Shown here: piece by piece, positions 23,546-37,424 of the stretch
Numbering within the stretch: position 1 is the first letter of the stretch
Layout: every line of letters starts with the position of its first letter
NCBI GenBank assembly: GCA_002269645.1
Contig: NIVC01003994.1
Coordinates: 2,039 to 66,038, forward strand
Length of the DNA: 64,000 nucleotides
DNA from: Macrostomum lignano
Taxonomy: Eukaryota
Direction: 5' to 3'
Position numbers and translations under genes: made by a program
The notes under the pieces: generated by a model
Told to the model about the DNA's origin: nothing
Databases searched by the model: none
What the model saw: only the letters and a program-made list of their open reading frames with translations

Positions 23546-23899
23546 TTGAAAATGGTGTCCATTGTGTCTATAGTGGAAATGAATCTCGAAGAAGCCGCAC
23601 ATCTGAACCTCCAGGGAAATTCAAACGATTCGGCGGTATAGTGTTCTCCTACATGTACTTTAGTTGTCCATCCTGTCACTCACCGTTTGGTTAATCTGGT
23701 TTAGTAAAGTTGGCTGGCTCTTGCAGCGCCTTTCAAATACAATCGAATCACTATTTTTCAATTAAATTTTTTAAGACCATGATGAATTTGATATGTGTGC
23801 TTGCGTTCAACAAAACACCCCCCTTCCCTTTGCAATTTAGTATGCAAATTTGTTTAACAATTATAAGATAAGTTGTGACAGATTTCTGTTGGTACTACC

Positions 23900-24481
23900 T
23901 GATTAACCCGCACCCCATTCTGCTCAGTTATCGATTTTCTACTCGTACCCAACCTCCATTAACATCCACCCCACTCCGCTCAGTTATCGATTTTCTACTC
24001 GTACCCAACCTCCATTAACACCCACCCCATTCCACTCAGTTATCGATTTTCTACTCGTGCCCAACCTCCATTAACACCTACCCCATTCCGCTCAGTTATC
24101 GATTTTCTACTCGTACCCAACCTCCATTAACACCCACCCCATTCCACTCAGTTATCGATTTTCTACTCGTGCCCAACCTCCATTAACACCTACCCCATTC
24201 CGCTCAGTTATCGATTTTCTACTCGTTCCCAACCTCCATTAACACCCACCCCACTCCGCTCAGTTATCGATTTTCTACTCCTACCCAACCTCTATTAACA
24301 TCCACCCCACTCCGCTCAGTTATCGATTTTCTACTCGTACCCAACCTCCATTAACACCCACCCCACTCCGCTCAGTTATCGATTTTCTACTTGTACCCAA
24401 CCTCTATTAACATCCACCCCACTCCGCTCAGTTATCGATTTTCTACTCGTACCCAACTTTCATTAATACCCACCCCACTCC
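23900..24481. repeat. 56-bp tandem repeat (CCACTCCGCTCAGTTATCGATTTTCTACTCGTACCCAACC...), ~10 copies
   Basis: Period 56 (23971 to 24027); just downstream of the tetraspanin A stop. Confidence 0.95.
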
Positions 24482-24596
24482 GTGAAGTTATTGATTCAAT
24501 ATTTGTACTCGTAAGCACTCTTCATTTGCATATATCTTTTTTATTATTAATTAATAATATTATAAATTTACAATTGATTGAATCATTTATTAGGCG

Positions 24597-27500
24597 TTAT
24601 GGATTTCGGTTTCGCTGGTCTCTGGGCTGCTTCTGATCAGCAAAGCGAACCCGACGCTGCTGGGCATCGCTGTCTGCCTTCTGCGATGCCGTGGAGGAGT
24701 CTGGTGACGCTGTGGGAGACGACGGAGCGACAAAATACTCGATCACCATGGGAACAGTCATGATGATGCACAGCACCTGCGGATGGGGTATCGGCTTTTG
24801 TAGATTTTAATAATCCAACCAGTGTCTTTTCATCACTTTCATGGCCTACCTGTAAGACGATAAGCACTATGTACTGAACTACCATCAGGGGTTTGAGTAT
24901 TTGTGGCAGCTGCAGAATGTCCATACAGTTCTGGAATAAAATAGCAATATTGGATAGCGAAACTGATGACGAGCCTGAAGAGCATTGCTGGGGGAATCTG
25001 GAGAATCTTTCTGGGGGAATCAGGAAAATCTTGCTGGGGAATCTGGAGAATCATGCTGGGAAATCTGGAGAATCATGCTGGGAAATCTGGAGAATCATGC
25101 TGGGGAATCTGGAGAATCTTTCTGGGGGAATCTGGAGAATCTTGCTGGGGAATCTGGAGAATCATGCTGGGGAATCTGGAGAATCATGTTGGGGAATTCG
25201 GAGAATCATGCTGGGGATCTGGAGAATCATGCTGAGGGAATCTGGAGAATCATGCTGGGGGAATCTGGAGAATCATGCTGGGGAATCTAGAGAATCATGC
25301 TGTGGAATCTGGAGAATCATGCTGTGGAATCTGGAGAATCATGCTGTGGAATCTGGAGAATCTTGCTGTGGAATCTGGAGAATCATGCTGGGGAATCTGG
25401 AGAATCATTCTGGGGAATCTGGAGAATCATGCTGGGAAATCTGGAGAATCATGCTGGGGAATCTGGAGAATCATGCTGGGGAATCTGGAGAATCATGCTG
25501 GGGAATCTGGAGAATCATGCTGGGGAATCTGGAGAATCATGTTGGAAATCTAAAGAATCATGCTGGGGAATCTGGAGAATCAGGCTGGGGAATCTGGAGA
25601 ATCATGCTGGGGAATCTGGAGAATCATGCTGGGGAATCTGGAGAATCATGGTGGGGAATCTGGAGAATCATGCTGGGGAATCTGGAGAATCATTCTGGGG
25701 AATCTGGAGAATCATGCTGGGGGAATCTGGAGAATTATGCTGGGGGAATCTGGAGAATTATGCTGAGGAATCTGGAGAATCATGCTGGGGAATCTGGAGA
25801 ATCATGTTGGGGAATCTGGAGAATCATTCTGGGGAATCTGGAGAATCATGCTGGGGGAATCTGGAGAATCATGCTGGTGGAATCTGGAGAATTATGCTGA
25901 GGAATCTGGAGAATCATGCTGGGGGAATCTGGAGAATCATGTTGGGGAATCTGGAGAATCATGTTGGAAATCTAAAGAATCATGCTGGGGAATCTGGAGA
26001 ATCAGGCTGGGGAATCTGGAGAATCATGCTGGGGAATCTGGAGAATCATGCTGGGGAATCTGGAGAATCATGGTGGGGAATCTGGAGAATCATGCTGGGG
26101 AATCTGGAGAATCATACTGGGGAGTCTGGAGAATCATGCTGGGGGAATCTGGAGAATTATGCTGAGGAATCTGGAGAATCATGCTGGGGAATCTGGAGAA
26201 TCATGTTGGGGAATCTGGAGAATCATTCTGGGGAATCTGGAGAATCATGCTGGGGGAATCTGGAGAATCATGCTGGGGGAATCTGGAGAATTATGCTGAG
26301 GAATCTGGAGAATCATGCTGGGGGAATCTGGAGAATTATGCTGAGGAATCTGAAGAATCATGCTGGGGAATCTGGAGATTCATGTTGGGGAGTCTGGAGA
26401 ATCATGTTGGGGAATCTGGAGAATCATTCTGGGGAATCTGGAGAATCATGCAAGGGGAATCTGGAGAATCATGCTGGGGAATCTGGAGAGAGCTGGGAAA
26501 TATTTTTCTAAAAAAGCCGATAAGGTTTTTGTCACCTTTGCAAAGATGTATCCCCGTTTTCGAGCTAACCTGCCGTCCTTGGCTCTGACGCACAAGTTGC
26601 GGTCAGACTTCTCAGCCAGTTGAGTACAGCAGGACAAGGGGTAAACAATTTTACTCATCAGATTTGTTGCTGAGGTGTTTAATTGAGCAGAGTTCGCCTC
26701 TCGCGTCCACGGAGTGTTGAAGAACACATTTTGGTCCGGGTCATCGCTCCAGCCGCAGCAGGAATGCTGCAATAAGAAATGCTTGCTTGCGGGTGAATTG
26801 GACAGGAATGTCTGTAGTTAAAGGACAGGAATGTCTGTAGTTAAAGGATAGGAATGTCTGTAGTTAAAGGACAGGAATGTCTGTAGTTAAAGGATAGGAA
26901 TGTCTGTAGTTAAAGGACAGGAATGTCTGTAGTTAAAGGACAGGAATGTCTGTAGTTAAAGGACAGGAATGTCTGTAGTTAAAGGGCAGGAATGTCTGTA
27001 GTTAAAGGATAGGGAATGTCTGTAGTTAAAGGACAGGAATGTCTGTAGTTAAAGGATAGGAATGTCTGTAGTTAAAGGACAGGAATGTCTGTAGTTAAAG
27101 GATAGGAATGTCTGTAGTTAAAGGACAGGAATGTCTGTAGTTAAAGGACAGGAATGTCTGTAGTTAAAGGACAGGAATGTCTGTAGTTAAAGGGCAGGAA
27201 TGTCTGTAGTTAAAGGGCAGGAATGTCTGTAGTTAAAGGATAGGAATGTCTATAGTTAAAGGATAGGAATGTCTGTATTTAAAGGATAGGAATGTCTGTA
27301 GTTAAAGGATAGGAATGTCTGTAGTTAAAGGGCAGGAATGTCTGTAGTCAAAAGACAGGGAATGTCTATAGTTAAAGGATAGGAATGTCTGTAGTTAAAG
27401 GATAGGAATGTCTGTAGTTAAAGGATAGGAATGTCTATAGTTAAAGGATAGGAATGTCTGTAGTTAAAGGATAGGAATGTCTGTAGTTAAAGGATAGGAA

Positions 27501-30500
27501 TGTCTGTAGTTAAAGGATAGGAATGTCTGTAGTTAAAGGATAGGAATGTCTGTAGTTAAAGGATAGGAATGTCTATAGTTAAAGGATAGGAATGTCTGTA
27601 GTTAAAGGATAGGAATGTCTGTAGTTAAAGGATAGGGAATGTCTGTAGTTAAAGGATAGGGAATGTCTGTAGTTAAAGAACAGGGAATGTCTGTAGTTAA
27701 AGGACAGGAATGTCTGTAGTTAAAAGACAGGAATGTCTGTAGTTAAAGGGCAGGAATGTCTGTAGTTAAAGAACAGGGAATGTCTGTAGTTAAAGGATAG
27801 GAATGTCTGTAGTTAAAGGGCAGGAATGTCTGTAGTTAAAGAGCAGGAATGTCTGTAGTTAAAGGGCAGGAATGTCTGTAGTTAAAGGGCAGGAATATCT
27901 ATAGTTAAAGGATAGGAATGTCTGTAGTTAAAGGATAGGAATGTCTATAGTTAAAGGGCAGGAATATCTATAGTTAAAGGATAGGAATGTCTATAGTTAA
28001 AGGATAGGAATGTCTATAGTTAAAGGATAGGAATGTCTGTAGTTAAAGGGCAGGAATGTCTGTAGTTAAAGGGCAGGAATATCTATAGTTAAAGGATAGG
28101 AATGTCTGTAGTTAAAGGATAGGAATGTCTATAGTTAAAGGGCAGGAATATCTATAGTTAAAGGATAGGAATGTCTATAGTTAAAGGATAGGAATGTCTA
28201 TAGTTAAAGGATAGGAATGTCTGTAGTTAAAGGATAGGAATGTCTGTAGTTAAAGGATAGGAATGTCTATAGTTAAAGGATAGGAATGTCTGTAGTTAAA
28301 GGATAGGAATGTCTGTAGTTAAAGGATAGGGAAATGTCTGTAGTTAAAGGATAGGGAATGTCTGTAGTTAAAGAACAGGGAATGTCTGTAGTTAAAGGAC
28401 AGGAATGTCTGTAGTTAAAGGACAGGGAATGTCTGTAGGCAATACGGTAATATCTGTACAGAATATTCACAAAATGTCATCCCAAGCAAGCTATTTACAG
28501 TAGGCATATTGGAGCGTTAAACTGTGCATCGAACTAAGCTTACATCCACTTGAAATGCATTTATTGATTGAGTAATGGAAATGCTTTCGTTGCTGCTTGA
28601 GTTGCCGTAGTGACTCTCGATTGTTTTCTTGATTTGCGCCGCCGAAATCAGATGGTTGCCGGCCGGTACGCTGTTGACAAATAATAGAATCACCGACACC
28701 AGGCAGAGAGTGAGGGAGCCAACCAAGGACACTGCGTACTGATCTCACGATGGGTGCGGTGTAGGGGGTGAGGTCAGGGTTAGGTTGTATCGCTTATCTC
28801 ACTCAGAATTGACTCTAATCTCACCATAGACAGACTCTAATCTAAAACCCTAGAGTGACTCTAATCTTTTTTCCTCCTAGTATATTTTTTTCAAATTTGA
28901 TTTCTGAATTAACTCTAATATTCAACCACACTGACTCTAATCCTCACCCTAGAATGACTACAATCTCTCCCTAGACTGACAATAAATCTCACCCTTAGAC
29001 CTAAAATGATTCTAATCTCAACTTAGATCTAGAATAACTTAAATCTCATCCTAGACTGACGCTAATCTCACCTTAGACCTAGAATTATTCTAATCTCATC
29101 TTAAATCTAGAATGATTCTAATCTTACCTTAGCTCTAGAATGACTCTAATCTCACCATAGATCTAGCTAGAATGACTCTAATCTCACCCTAGACCTAGCT
29201 AGAATGACTCTAATCTCACCCTAGACCTAGCTAGAATGACGCCAATCTCACCCTAGACCTAGCTAGAATGACTCTAATTTCACCCTAGACCTAGCTAGAA
29301 TGACTCTAATCTCACCCTAGACCTAGCTAGAATGACGCCAATCTCACCCTAGACCTAGCTAGAATGACTCTAATCTCACCCTAGACCTAGCTAGAATGAC
29401 TCTAATCTCACCCTAGACCTAGCTAGAATGACGCCAATCTCACCCTAGACCTAGCTAGAATGACGCCAATCTCACCCTAGACCTAGCTAGAATGACTCTA
29501 ATCTCACCCTAGACCTAGTTAGAATGACTCTAATCTAGACTGATTGCATTTTCACTGCACTGTGAAGTCTCACCGCCAGTGTCACGAACCGCAGCTTCAG
29601 TGCGGTGGTGATGAAGCCAAACAGCCCGACCAGAACGCTGCAGGCCCCCGACACAGCAAAATGGATACTGCTTGCGCTGCTGCTGGCGACACTGGACTTG
29701 CCGTCGCTGTGGGTTTGAGAAGTCTGAAGGTAACTGTTGCTTGTTTGCTGCTGAGTTGTTTATGATTGGCTCTAATCTCACCCTAGATTAACTTCAATGT
29801 CACCCTGGATTTACTTACATATCAATCTAAGATAGCTCTAATCCCACCCTTGACTAACTCCAATCTCATTCTATATATAGTAGCTTTAATCTCACTCACT
29901 CACATTTTCAGACACAAGCGAGACAATTTACTTACACATGGGAGACAATTTACAGACACAAGGGAGACAACTTACAGACACAAGGGAGACAATTTACAGA
30001 CACAAGCGAGACAATTTACAGACACATGGGAGACAATTTACAGACACAAGGGAGACAATTTACAGACACAAGGGAGACAATTTACAGACACATGGGAGAC
30101 AATTTACAGACACATGGGAGACAATTTACAGACACAAGGGAGAGACAATTTACAGACACAAGGGAGACAATTTACAGACACATGGGAGACAATTTACAGA
30201 CACAAGGGAGACAATTTACAGACACAAGCGAGACAATTTACAGACACATGGGAGACAATTTACAGACACATGGGAGACAATTTACAGACACAAGGGAGAG
30301 ACAATTTACAGACACAAGGGAGACAATTTACAGACACATGGGAGACAATTTACAGACACATGGGAGACAATTTACAGACACAAGCGAGACAATTTACAGA
30401 CACATGGGAGACAATTTACAGACACATGGGAGACAATTTACAGACACAAGGGAGAGACAATTTACAGACACAAGGGAGACAATTTACAGACACAAGGGAG

Positions 30501-31493
30501 ACAATTTACAGACACATGGGAGACAATTTACAGACACAAGGGAGAGACAATTTACAGACACAAGGGAGACAATTTACAGACACATGGGAGACAATTTACA
30601 GACACAAGGGAGACAATTTACAGACACAAGCGAGACAATTTACAGACACAAGGGAGACAATTTACAGACACAAGCGAGACAATTTACAGACACAAGGGAG
30701 AGACAATTTACAGACACAAGGGAGACAATTTACAGACACAAGGGAGACAATTTACAGACACATGGGAGACAATTTACAGACACAAGGGAGACAATTTACA
30801 GACACATGGGAGACAATTTACAGACACATGGGAGACAATTTACAGACACAAGCGAGACAATTTACAGACACATGGGAGACAATTTACAGACACATGGGAG
30901 ACAATTTACAGACACAAGGGAGAGACAATTTACAGACACAAGGGAGACAATTTACAGACACAAGGGAGACAATTTACAGACACATGGGAGACAATTTACA
31001 GACACAAGGGAGAGACAATTTACAGACACAAGGGAGACAATTTACAGACACAAGGGAGACAATTTACAGACACATGGGAGACAATTTACAGACACATGGG
31101 AGACAATTTACAGACACAAGGGAGACAATTTACAGACACAAGCGAGACAATTTACAGACACAAGGGAGACAATTTACAGACACAAGCGAGACAATTTACA
31201 GACACATGGGAGACAATTTACAGACACAAGCGAGACAATTTACAGACACATGGGAGACGATTTACAGACACATGGGAGACAATTTACAGACACAAGCGAG
31301 ACAATCTAATTATCATATTTAAAAAAGTTCCTCACCTAATTTTACTGACAATCCAATTAGGCGCATTTTCGCCGTTGTGACTGTGAGAGAAGAGGTCGAT
31401 CGCATACATGCCGTAGCCGAACATCCCCACGCCGAGGAGAATGAAAGTGAAGTTAACACAAAAATTGCCTCCATTGTACATCGAGAATGACAT
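24597..31493 (-). CDS. Tetraspanin A (335 aa, divergent; long EC1 and long C-tail)
   Basis: complement join(24597..24776,24850..24930,26536..26766,28544..28738,29574..29750,31350..31493); all exon lengths are multiples of 3, GT-AG. Four hydrophobic segments; EC2 HSCCGW, YPLSCC, NLCV, NCMD. Exon 2 acceptor is NAGNAG (29750 or 29747). Confidence 0.82.
24985..26500. repeat. 22-bp minisatellite CTGGAGAATCATGCTGGGGAAT (tetraspanin A intron 4)
   Basis: Direct inspection. Confidence 0.97.
26803..28438. repeat. 23-bp minisatellite GGAATGTCTGTAGTTAAAGGA(C/T)A (tetraspanin A intron 3)
   Basis: Direct inspection. Confidence 0.97.
28800..29540. repeat. 32-bp minisatellite CTAGAATGACTCTAATCTCACCCTAGACCTAG (tetraspanin A intron 2)
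   Basis: Homogeneous core ~29160-29540, degenerate to the left; related degenerate copies at ~29770-29900. Confidence 0.93.
29908..31305. repeat. 22-bp minisatellite GGGAGACAATTTACAGACACA(A/T) (tetraspanin A intron 1)
   Basis: Direct inspection. Confidence 0.97.
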
Positions 31494-31897
31494 ACTTTGC
31501 TATGACTAAATTTTACATGTAGTGTGTAGTGTTAGTCTTCCAAAAATTGTCACATAAGAGCTATTGTTTAACCAAAATACCTCAATGGAGTGTTCAGCAG
31601 CCGCTCGAATGTCTATGGCTAAGAGTGCGCTCTGCATTTAATTTCTTATGATGATTTTGCAAAGCACTTCAGAATCCTAAGCACTTTAATGTATTATGAT
31701 GTATGATGATTTCTGGCTAAATTATAGGGAGGTCTATGGGATTCATAGTTAAAGCAAAACATTAGCTGAAGAGATATATATTAAAGTACAAAGTTAAATT
31801 TGTCATAAAATGTAAACAAGATGTGGCTGCTAAAAATATCGAGACATTAAATTTTAGTTACGGGCTGGGCGGCACTTCTCTGACTTCAACTGATTAA

Positions 31898-32228
<331 letters not shown>

Positions 32229-32297
32229 TTAAAGCGGCACATGTCAATTCTTTCCAATGAATTCAGTCACGTGTGTTTTGGTCTGATCATTCAAAAG

Positions 32298-32560
32298 TTA
32301 TCTGTGAAAATCCATCGCAATCAGAACTTTTCCAGTGTCAGTTGTCAAATCAAAAAGGTAAAAAAAAGAAATCAGTATAGTCCATAATTTGGAAAAGCTT
32401 AATTGGTTTGCTGTCCCATGCAGCTTTTGCACTCCAGGTGGGTCCTGCTGAATAGCAGATTTCTTCAACCAATGCTCCCTAACTCTGGTGTGGAGGTGTC
32501 TTTTGGTTTTTCCCACGTATGAGACAAAAGGCTGTTGTCCTGCGATTCAAACCCATGAGG
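32298..32560 (-). pseudogene. Remnant of Penelope-like element GIY-YIG endonuclease
   Basis: Minus-strand SYVGKTKRHLHTRVREH matches the YIG-half helix motif (YxGxTxRxLxxRxxEH) typical of PLE endonucleases; flanks degenerate. Confidence 0.6.
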
Positions 32561-33704
32561 ACGAGTGTACATACCAGACGGTGTTAGCGATTGGCTGGGC
32601 CTGGTGGCGGTTTCGGTGCTGCCTTACCCCCCCCCGGGCGGGGTGGTTGGCTGGGGATTGGGTCGGTGGTGGGGGGTGGGTTGGAGAGCGTGTGGCCTCC
32701 CTCCCCGCGGGCGTTGACTCTTTTTTTAGCGGCGCTCGCTGGGCCCTTGGGTGGTGCTCTCAAATCAAGCCAAATAAATCAGCTTAAAAACGATCCACTT
32801 CACACCGGCCGGTCGGCAGTCTCTCTCGCGAACTCAGTAAGTGCGTTCCTCATTTCGGTTGCCAAGGCGGGGGGTGTAGAGTCCGTGTGTCCTGACTCCG
32901 ACTCAGCTAGGTTGGAGGGGGACATCGGTACGGTACACACGTACATATTCTTTGACCGCCAGCCAGTGCGTCCTGACGCCTCGCTGAAGGCGGCCGGCAT
33001 CACTGCGTCCCGACGCCCCAGACTTTTGCAAAGCTGCTCGGACTAGCGCCCGAACGCAGGCTAGCAAGTACCCGCACTATACAAAGTACTGTACTCTGTA
33101 GAACCCACCGTGCTGCTAAGGCCGCGCTTCACGGCTTTGCGAGGACTTCGATTTGGTACCTCTGATCTCTTTCAAAGAGTCCAGACTGCATATCGTCTAC
33201 CACAGGAGGAATCACCGAATCAGGTCTGGCTTGCAACTCAGCTCATCTGCGCGGGACGCCCTAAAGGTGCTCCCAGACGGCAGCTGCCTGCCCCTCCCGC
33301 CTGTTTCGCAACCGAGTTTGTCTATGGCAGAACCCCCCCATTCAGCGCTAAACTATGAAATAAACCAAGGCAGGTTTCCGAATGTTCATTCAGTTGAGTG
33401 GCACCCTTTTTTACTGTTATTTGCAGTATTGAAAACTTTATTTCTGTTCCGAAAATAAAATTGAGTAAAGCATAATAACAATTCTAAGAAAGGTGCGTGA
33501 AAATAAGTTTTATCGCTCGTATGGTTAGACGAGATTGACAAAAATGACACTAATAATGCTTTCAGAGCAGCAAATGTTATTTATATAGTTGCAAACAAAA
33601 AATATTTACTGCGACCTTATACTTGTGTGTACTTTGTGCAGTCTCTTACAAACCTTAGTAGACATATTATTTATGGATATACGTATTTATTGATCGGACG
33701 CTCG

Positions 33705-36700
33705 TCACTCGGACGCTGGTGAGCTGGGGTCCAGCAGCCACTTCACCATCAATGCGATGCAGAGCGACTGAAATTTATTTCGGTTGAAAATTTGCTAGCT
33801 AATGGTGTGAGTTATCAGCCATTGAAGTGAGGTGTAAGTCGCACTGACAGCAGTATACTTAAACAATATTTTCCCCTTACCTGCATAATGGCAGCAAACA
33901 GCATCTGAAAGATGGTCAGCCACATGTTTAGACTGGCAGAGCTATTCAGCTTGCTGAGGCAGTCCTGTAAAAATTTTGACGATTAAAATTTAAATTAAAT
34001 TTGATTGGCTGAGGCTGTGGGGTGGGTGTCTAGCATGAGCTGGCGAGCTTTGATTTGATTGGCTGAGGCTATCGGGGTAGGTCTAGCATAAACTGGTGTA
34101 CTTTGATTTGATTGGCTTAGCCTGGGGGTGTGGGGTGGGTGTCTTGCATGATCTGGCGGGCTTTGAATTGATTGGCCGAGGCTGTGGGGAGGGTGTTTAG
34201 CTCTGGAACTATTCTAACTGAAATGCTTGTCTGACAGAGAACTGGTCACTGACATCTTCAAACACGTATTTCTTCTCTCGAGCCTCTTTGAGCGACTCCG
34301 ACTCGCGACACTTCGGCCCGGCTACCAGACAGCAGGAATCGGGGAGGCGACGCTCTTTAAGAGTTTTGTTGCTGGGGTTCGCGTTGACTTTCTTGAACCA
34401 CGGCGTCTTCAAAAACAGGTTATCAGACGGATCTCCGCTGAAGCCGCAGCACTGGGCCTGAAAAGTTTAGATGGCTTACGCTTGTTTAGCTTGGCCAATG
34501 ACCCACTTTAGAGTCTAAATGAGTGTGACCCAGTGACCTCACTTTGGAGTCTAAATGAGTGTCACCCAATGACCTCACTTTGGAGTCTAAATGAGTGTGA
34601 CCCAGTGACCTCACTTTGGAGTCTAAATGAGTGTCACCCAATGACCTCACTTTGGAGTCTAAATGAGTGTGACCCAGTGACCTCACTTTGGAGTCTAAAT
34701 GAGTGTCACCCAATGACCTCACTTTGGAGTCTAAATGAGTGTGACCCAATGACCTCACTTTGGAGTCTAAATGAGTGTGTCCCAGTGACCTCACTTTGGA
34801 GTTTAAAGAGTGTCACCCAATGACCTCACTTTGGAGTCTAAATGAGTGTCACCCAATGACCTCACTTTGGAGTCTAAATGAGTGTGACCCAATGACCTCA
34901 CTTTGGAGTCTAAATGAGTGTGACCCAATGACCTCACTTTGGAGTCTAAATGAGTGTGACCCAATGACCTCACTTTGGAGTCTAAATGAGTGTGACCCAA
35001 TGACCTCACTTGAGAGTCTAGATGAGTGTGACCCAATGACCCACTTAGGATTCTAGATGAGTGTGACCCAATGACCCACTTAGGATTCTAGATGAGTGTG
35101 ACCCAATGACCCACTTAGGATTCTAGATGAGTGTGACCCAATGACCCACTTAGGATTCTAGATGAGTGTGACCCAATGACCCACTTAGGATTCTAGATGA
35201 GTGTGACCCAATGACCCACTTAGGATTCTAGATGAGTGTGACCCAATGACCTCACATTAGAGTCTAAATGAGTGTGACCCAATGACCTCACTTTGGAGTC
35301 TAAATGAGTGTGACCCAATGACCCACTTTAGAGTCTAAATGAGTGTGACCCAATGACCCACTTAGGATTCTAGATGAGTGTGACCCAATGACCCACTTTA
35401 GAGTCTAGATGGGTGTGACCCAATGACCCACTTTAGAGTCTAGATGGGTGTGACCCAATGACCCACTTTAGAGTCTAAATGAGTGTGACCCAATGACCTC
35501 ACTTTGGAGTCTAAATGAGTGTGACCCAATGACCTCACTTTGGAGTCTAAATGAGTGTCACCCAATGACCCACTTTAGAGTCTAAATGAGTGTGACCCAA
35601 TGACCCACTTTAGAGTCTAGATGGGTGTGACCCAATGACCTCACTTTAGAGTCTAGATGGGTGTGACCCAATGACCCACTTTAGAGTCTAGATGAGTGTG
35701 ACCCAATGACCCACTTTAGAGTCTAGATGAGTGTGACCCAATGACCCACTTTAGAGTCTAGATGAGTGTGACCCAATGACCCACTTTAGAGTCTAGATGA
35801 GTGTGACCCAATGACCCACTTTAGAGTCTAGATGAGTGTGACCCAATGACCCACTTTAGAATTAGAGTCTAGATGAGTGTGACCCAATGACCCCACTTTA
35901 GAGTCTACATGTAGATGAGTGTGACCCAATGACCCACTTTAGAGTCTAGATGAGTGTGACCCAATGACCCACTTAGGATTCTAAATGAGTGTGACCCAAT
36001 GACCTCACTTTAGAGTCTGAATAATTGTGACCCAGCCCAGTGACCTACCTGAATACGGGTAGTTATGAAACAACGTTATTCTCAAACCTTTTTCTGATGA
36101 TTGTCAATATCCAAAGAGAACTCTTTGGCTAATTCGTCAGCGTTGTTACCATAGCGTTCGACAATCTGTCGTTTGATATTTTCCTTGGCGGTGACAGCGA
36201 ATGACCTCGTGGAGGTGACGGTCACAACCAGGATTAGAAGGTCCATGACCACAGCTCCCGCCAGCATGATGATGATCTGCGGATGGCAAATGGGTGGATG
36301 TCTAAGGGGCAGATGTCTAAGAGGCGGATGTCCAAAGGGTGGATGTCTAAGGGGCGGATGTCTAAGGGGCGAATGTCCAAGGGGCGAATGTCCAAGGGGC
36401 GGATGTCCAAGGGGCGGATGTCCAAGGGGCGGATGTCCAAGGGGCGGATGTCCAAGGGGCGGGCGGATGTCCAAAGGGCAAATGTCCAAGAGGCAAATGT
36501 TTAAGGGGCGGATGTCTAAGGGGCGGATGTCCAAGGGGCGGATGTCCAAGGGGCGGACGTCCAAGGGGCGGATGTCTTAGAGGCGGATGTCCAAGAGGCG
36601 GATGTCTTAGAGGCGGATGTCCAAGGGGCGGATGTCCAAGGGGCGGATGTCCAAGGGGCGGATGTCCAAGGGGTGGATGTCGAAGGCGCGGTTGTCCAAG

Positions 36701-36999
36701 GGGCGGATGTCGAAGGGGTTAATTCGAGCTGCAAAGCAGTGCTCATGGCTCACCAAGTACAGCAGGAACTTCTTGTTCTTCAGGATGGCCACAAAGCCCA
36801 TGGCGCCAATGGCGATGTCAACCAGGCCGTTCAAAATAGCGGTGAACCCGTTGACCTCGAGTCCCTCCACGTTTTGCAGATCAATCTCGGTGGTGGCGGC
36901 CAGGTAGATACCATAGCCAAGGGTTGCCAAGCCCATGAAAACAAAGACTCCGAAGGCCGCCAACAGAATACGCCGAACTGTTTCGTTAGAGAAAAACAT
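33705..36999 (-). CDS. Tetraspanin B (261 aa)
   Basis: complement join(33705..33767,33881..33964,34254..34457,36088..36276,36754..36999); all introns phase 0, GT-AG. EC2 AQCCGF, LPDSCC, PKC, DCL. Confidence 0.88.
34000..34210. repeat. Degenerate ~55-bp repeat (TTGATTGGCTGAGGCTGTGGGG...) x4 in tetraspanin B intron 3
   Basis: TTGATTGGC recurs four times at similar spacing. Confidence 0.75.
34498..36050. repeat. 36-bp minisatellite CTAAATGAGTGTGACCCAATGACCTCACTTTGGAGT (tetraspanin B intron 2)
   Basis: Direct inspection; variants occur in blocks. Confidence 0.97.
36290..36715. repeat. 15-bp minisatellite GGGGCGGATGTCCAA (tetraspanin B intron 1)
   Basis: Direct inspection. Confidence 0.96.
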
Positions 37000-37424
37000 G
37001 ATGTCTTTTTATCTTAGCTGTTAGAATGAGAACTGATTCCAATCCCTTAGCCAAGTTGAGCTGGGTTCTTCTGATCGACTCTTGATAACTGCTCCGCTTC
37101 GTGGCTTGGCGCCAACACCCCTCGGTCCCGAGCAAGGGCAGAGCGAAAAAGAAGGACATCGCGCTATTAGTCTATGGCCAGAGCTCCCAGGATTCCAAAA
37201 ATCCTGTAGGAATCTAAAGACGCAGCCGAAAGATCACTGTTCGCATATTTTTTGATTTGCACTTTTCATATTTGCCGCCAATTTAGATTATGACACATAC
37301 TTATGACACATACATATTTAGATTATGACAGAACCCGAATTATTCAGTGTTTTCTTCATCAAAAGCATACATTACAATAGGTGCATGGCGTAAAGCATGC
37401 TGAACTTTGCGTAATTAAATTATC

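Noticed and set aside
24961-24985. Hammerhead ribozyme core (CTGATGA)
   Set aside because: No matching GAAA and stem arrangement found here or at the other CTGATGA sites inspected.
26568-26570. Alternative donor CAG|GTTAGC for tetraspanin A exon 4
   Set aside because: Phase 2 leads to a stop in the next exon; the donor at 26535 (phase 0) gives GYIFAK|NCMD, matching the paralogs.
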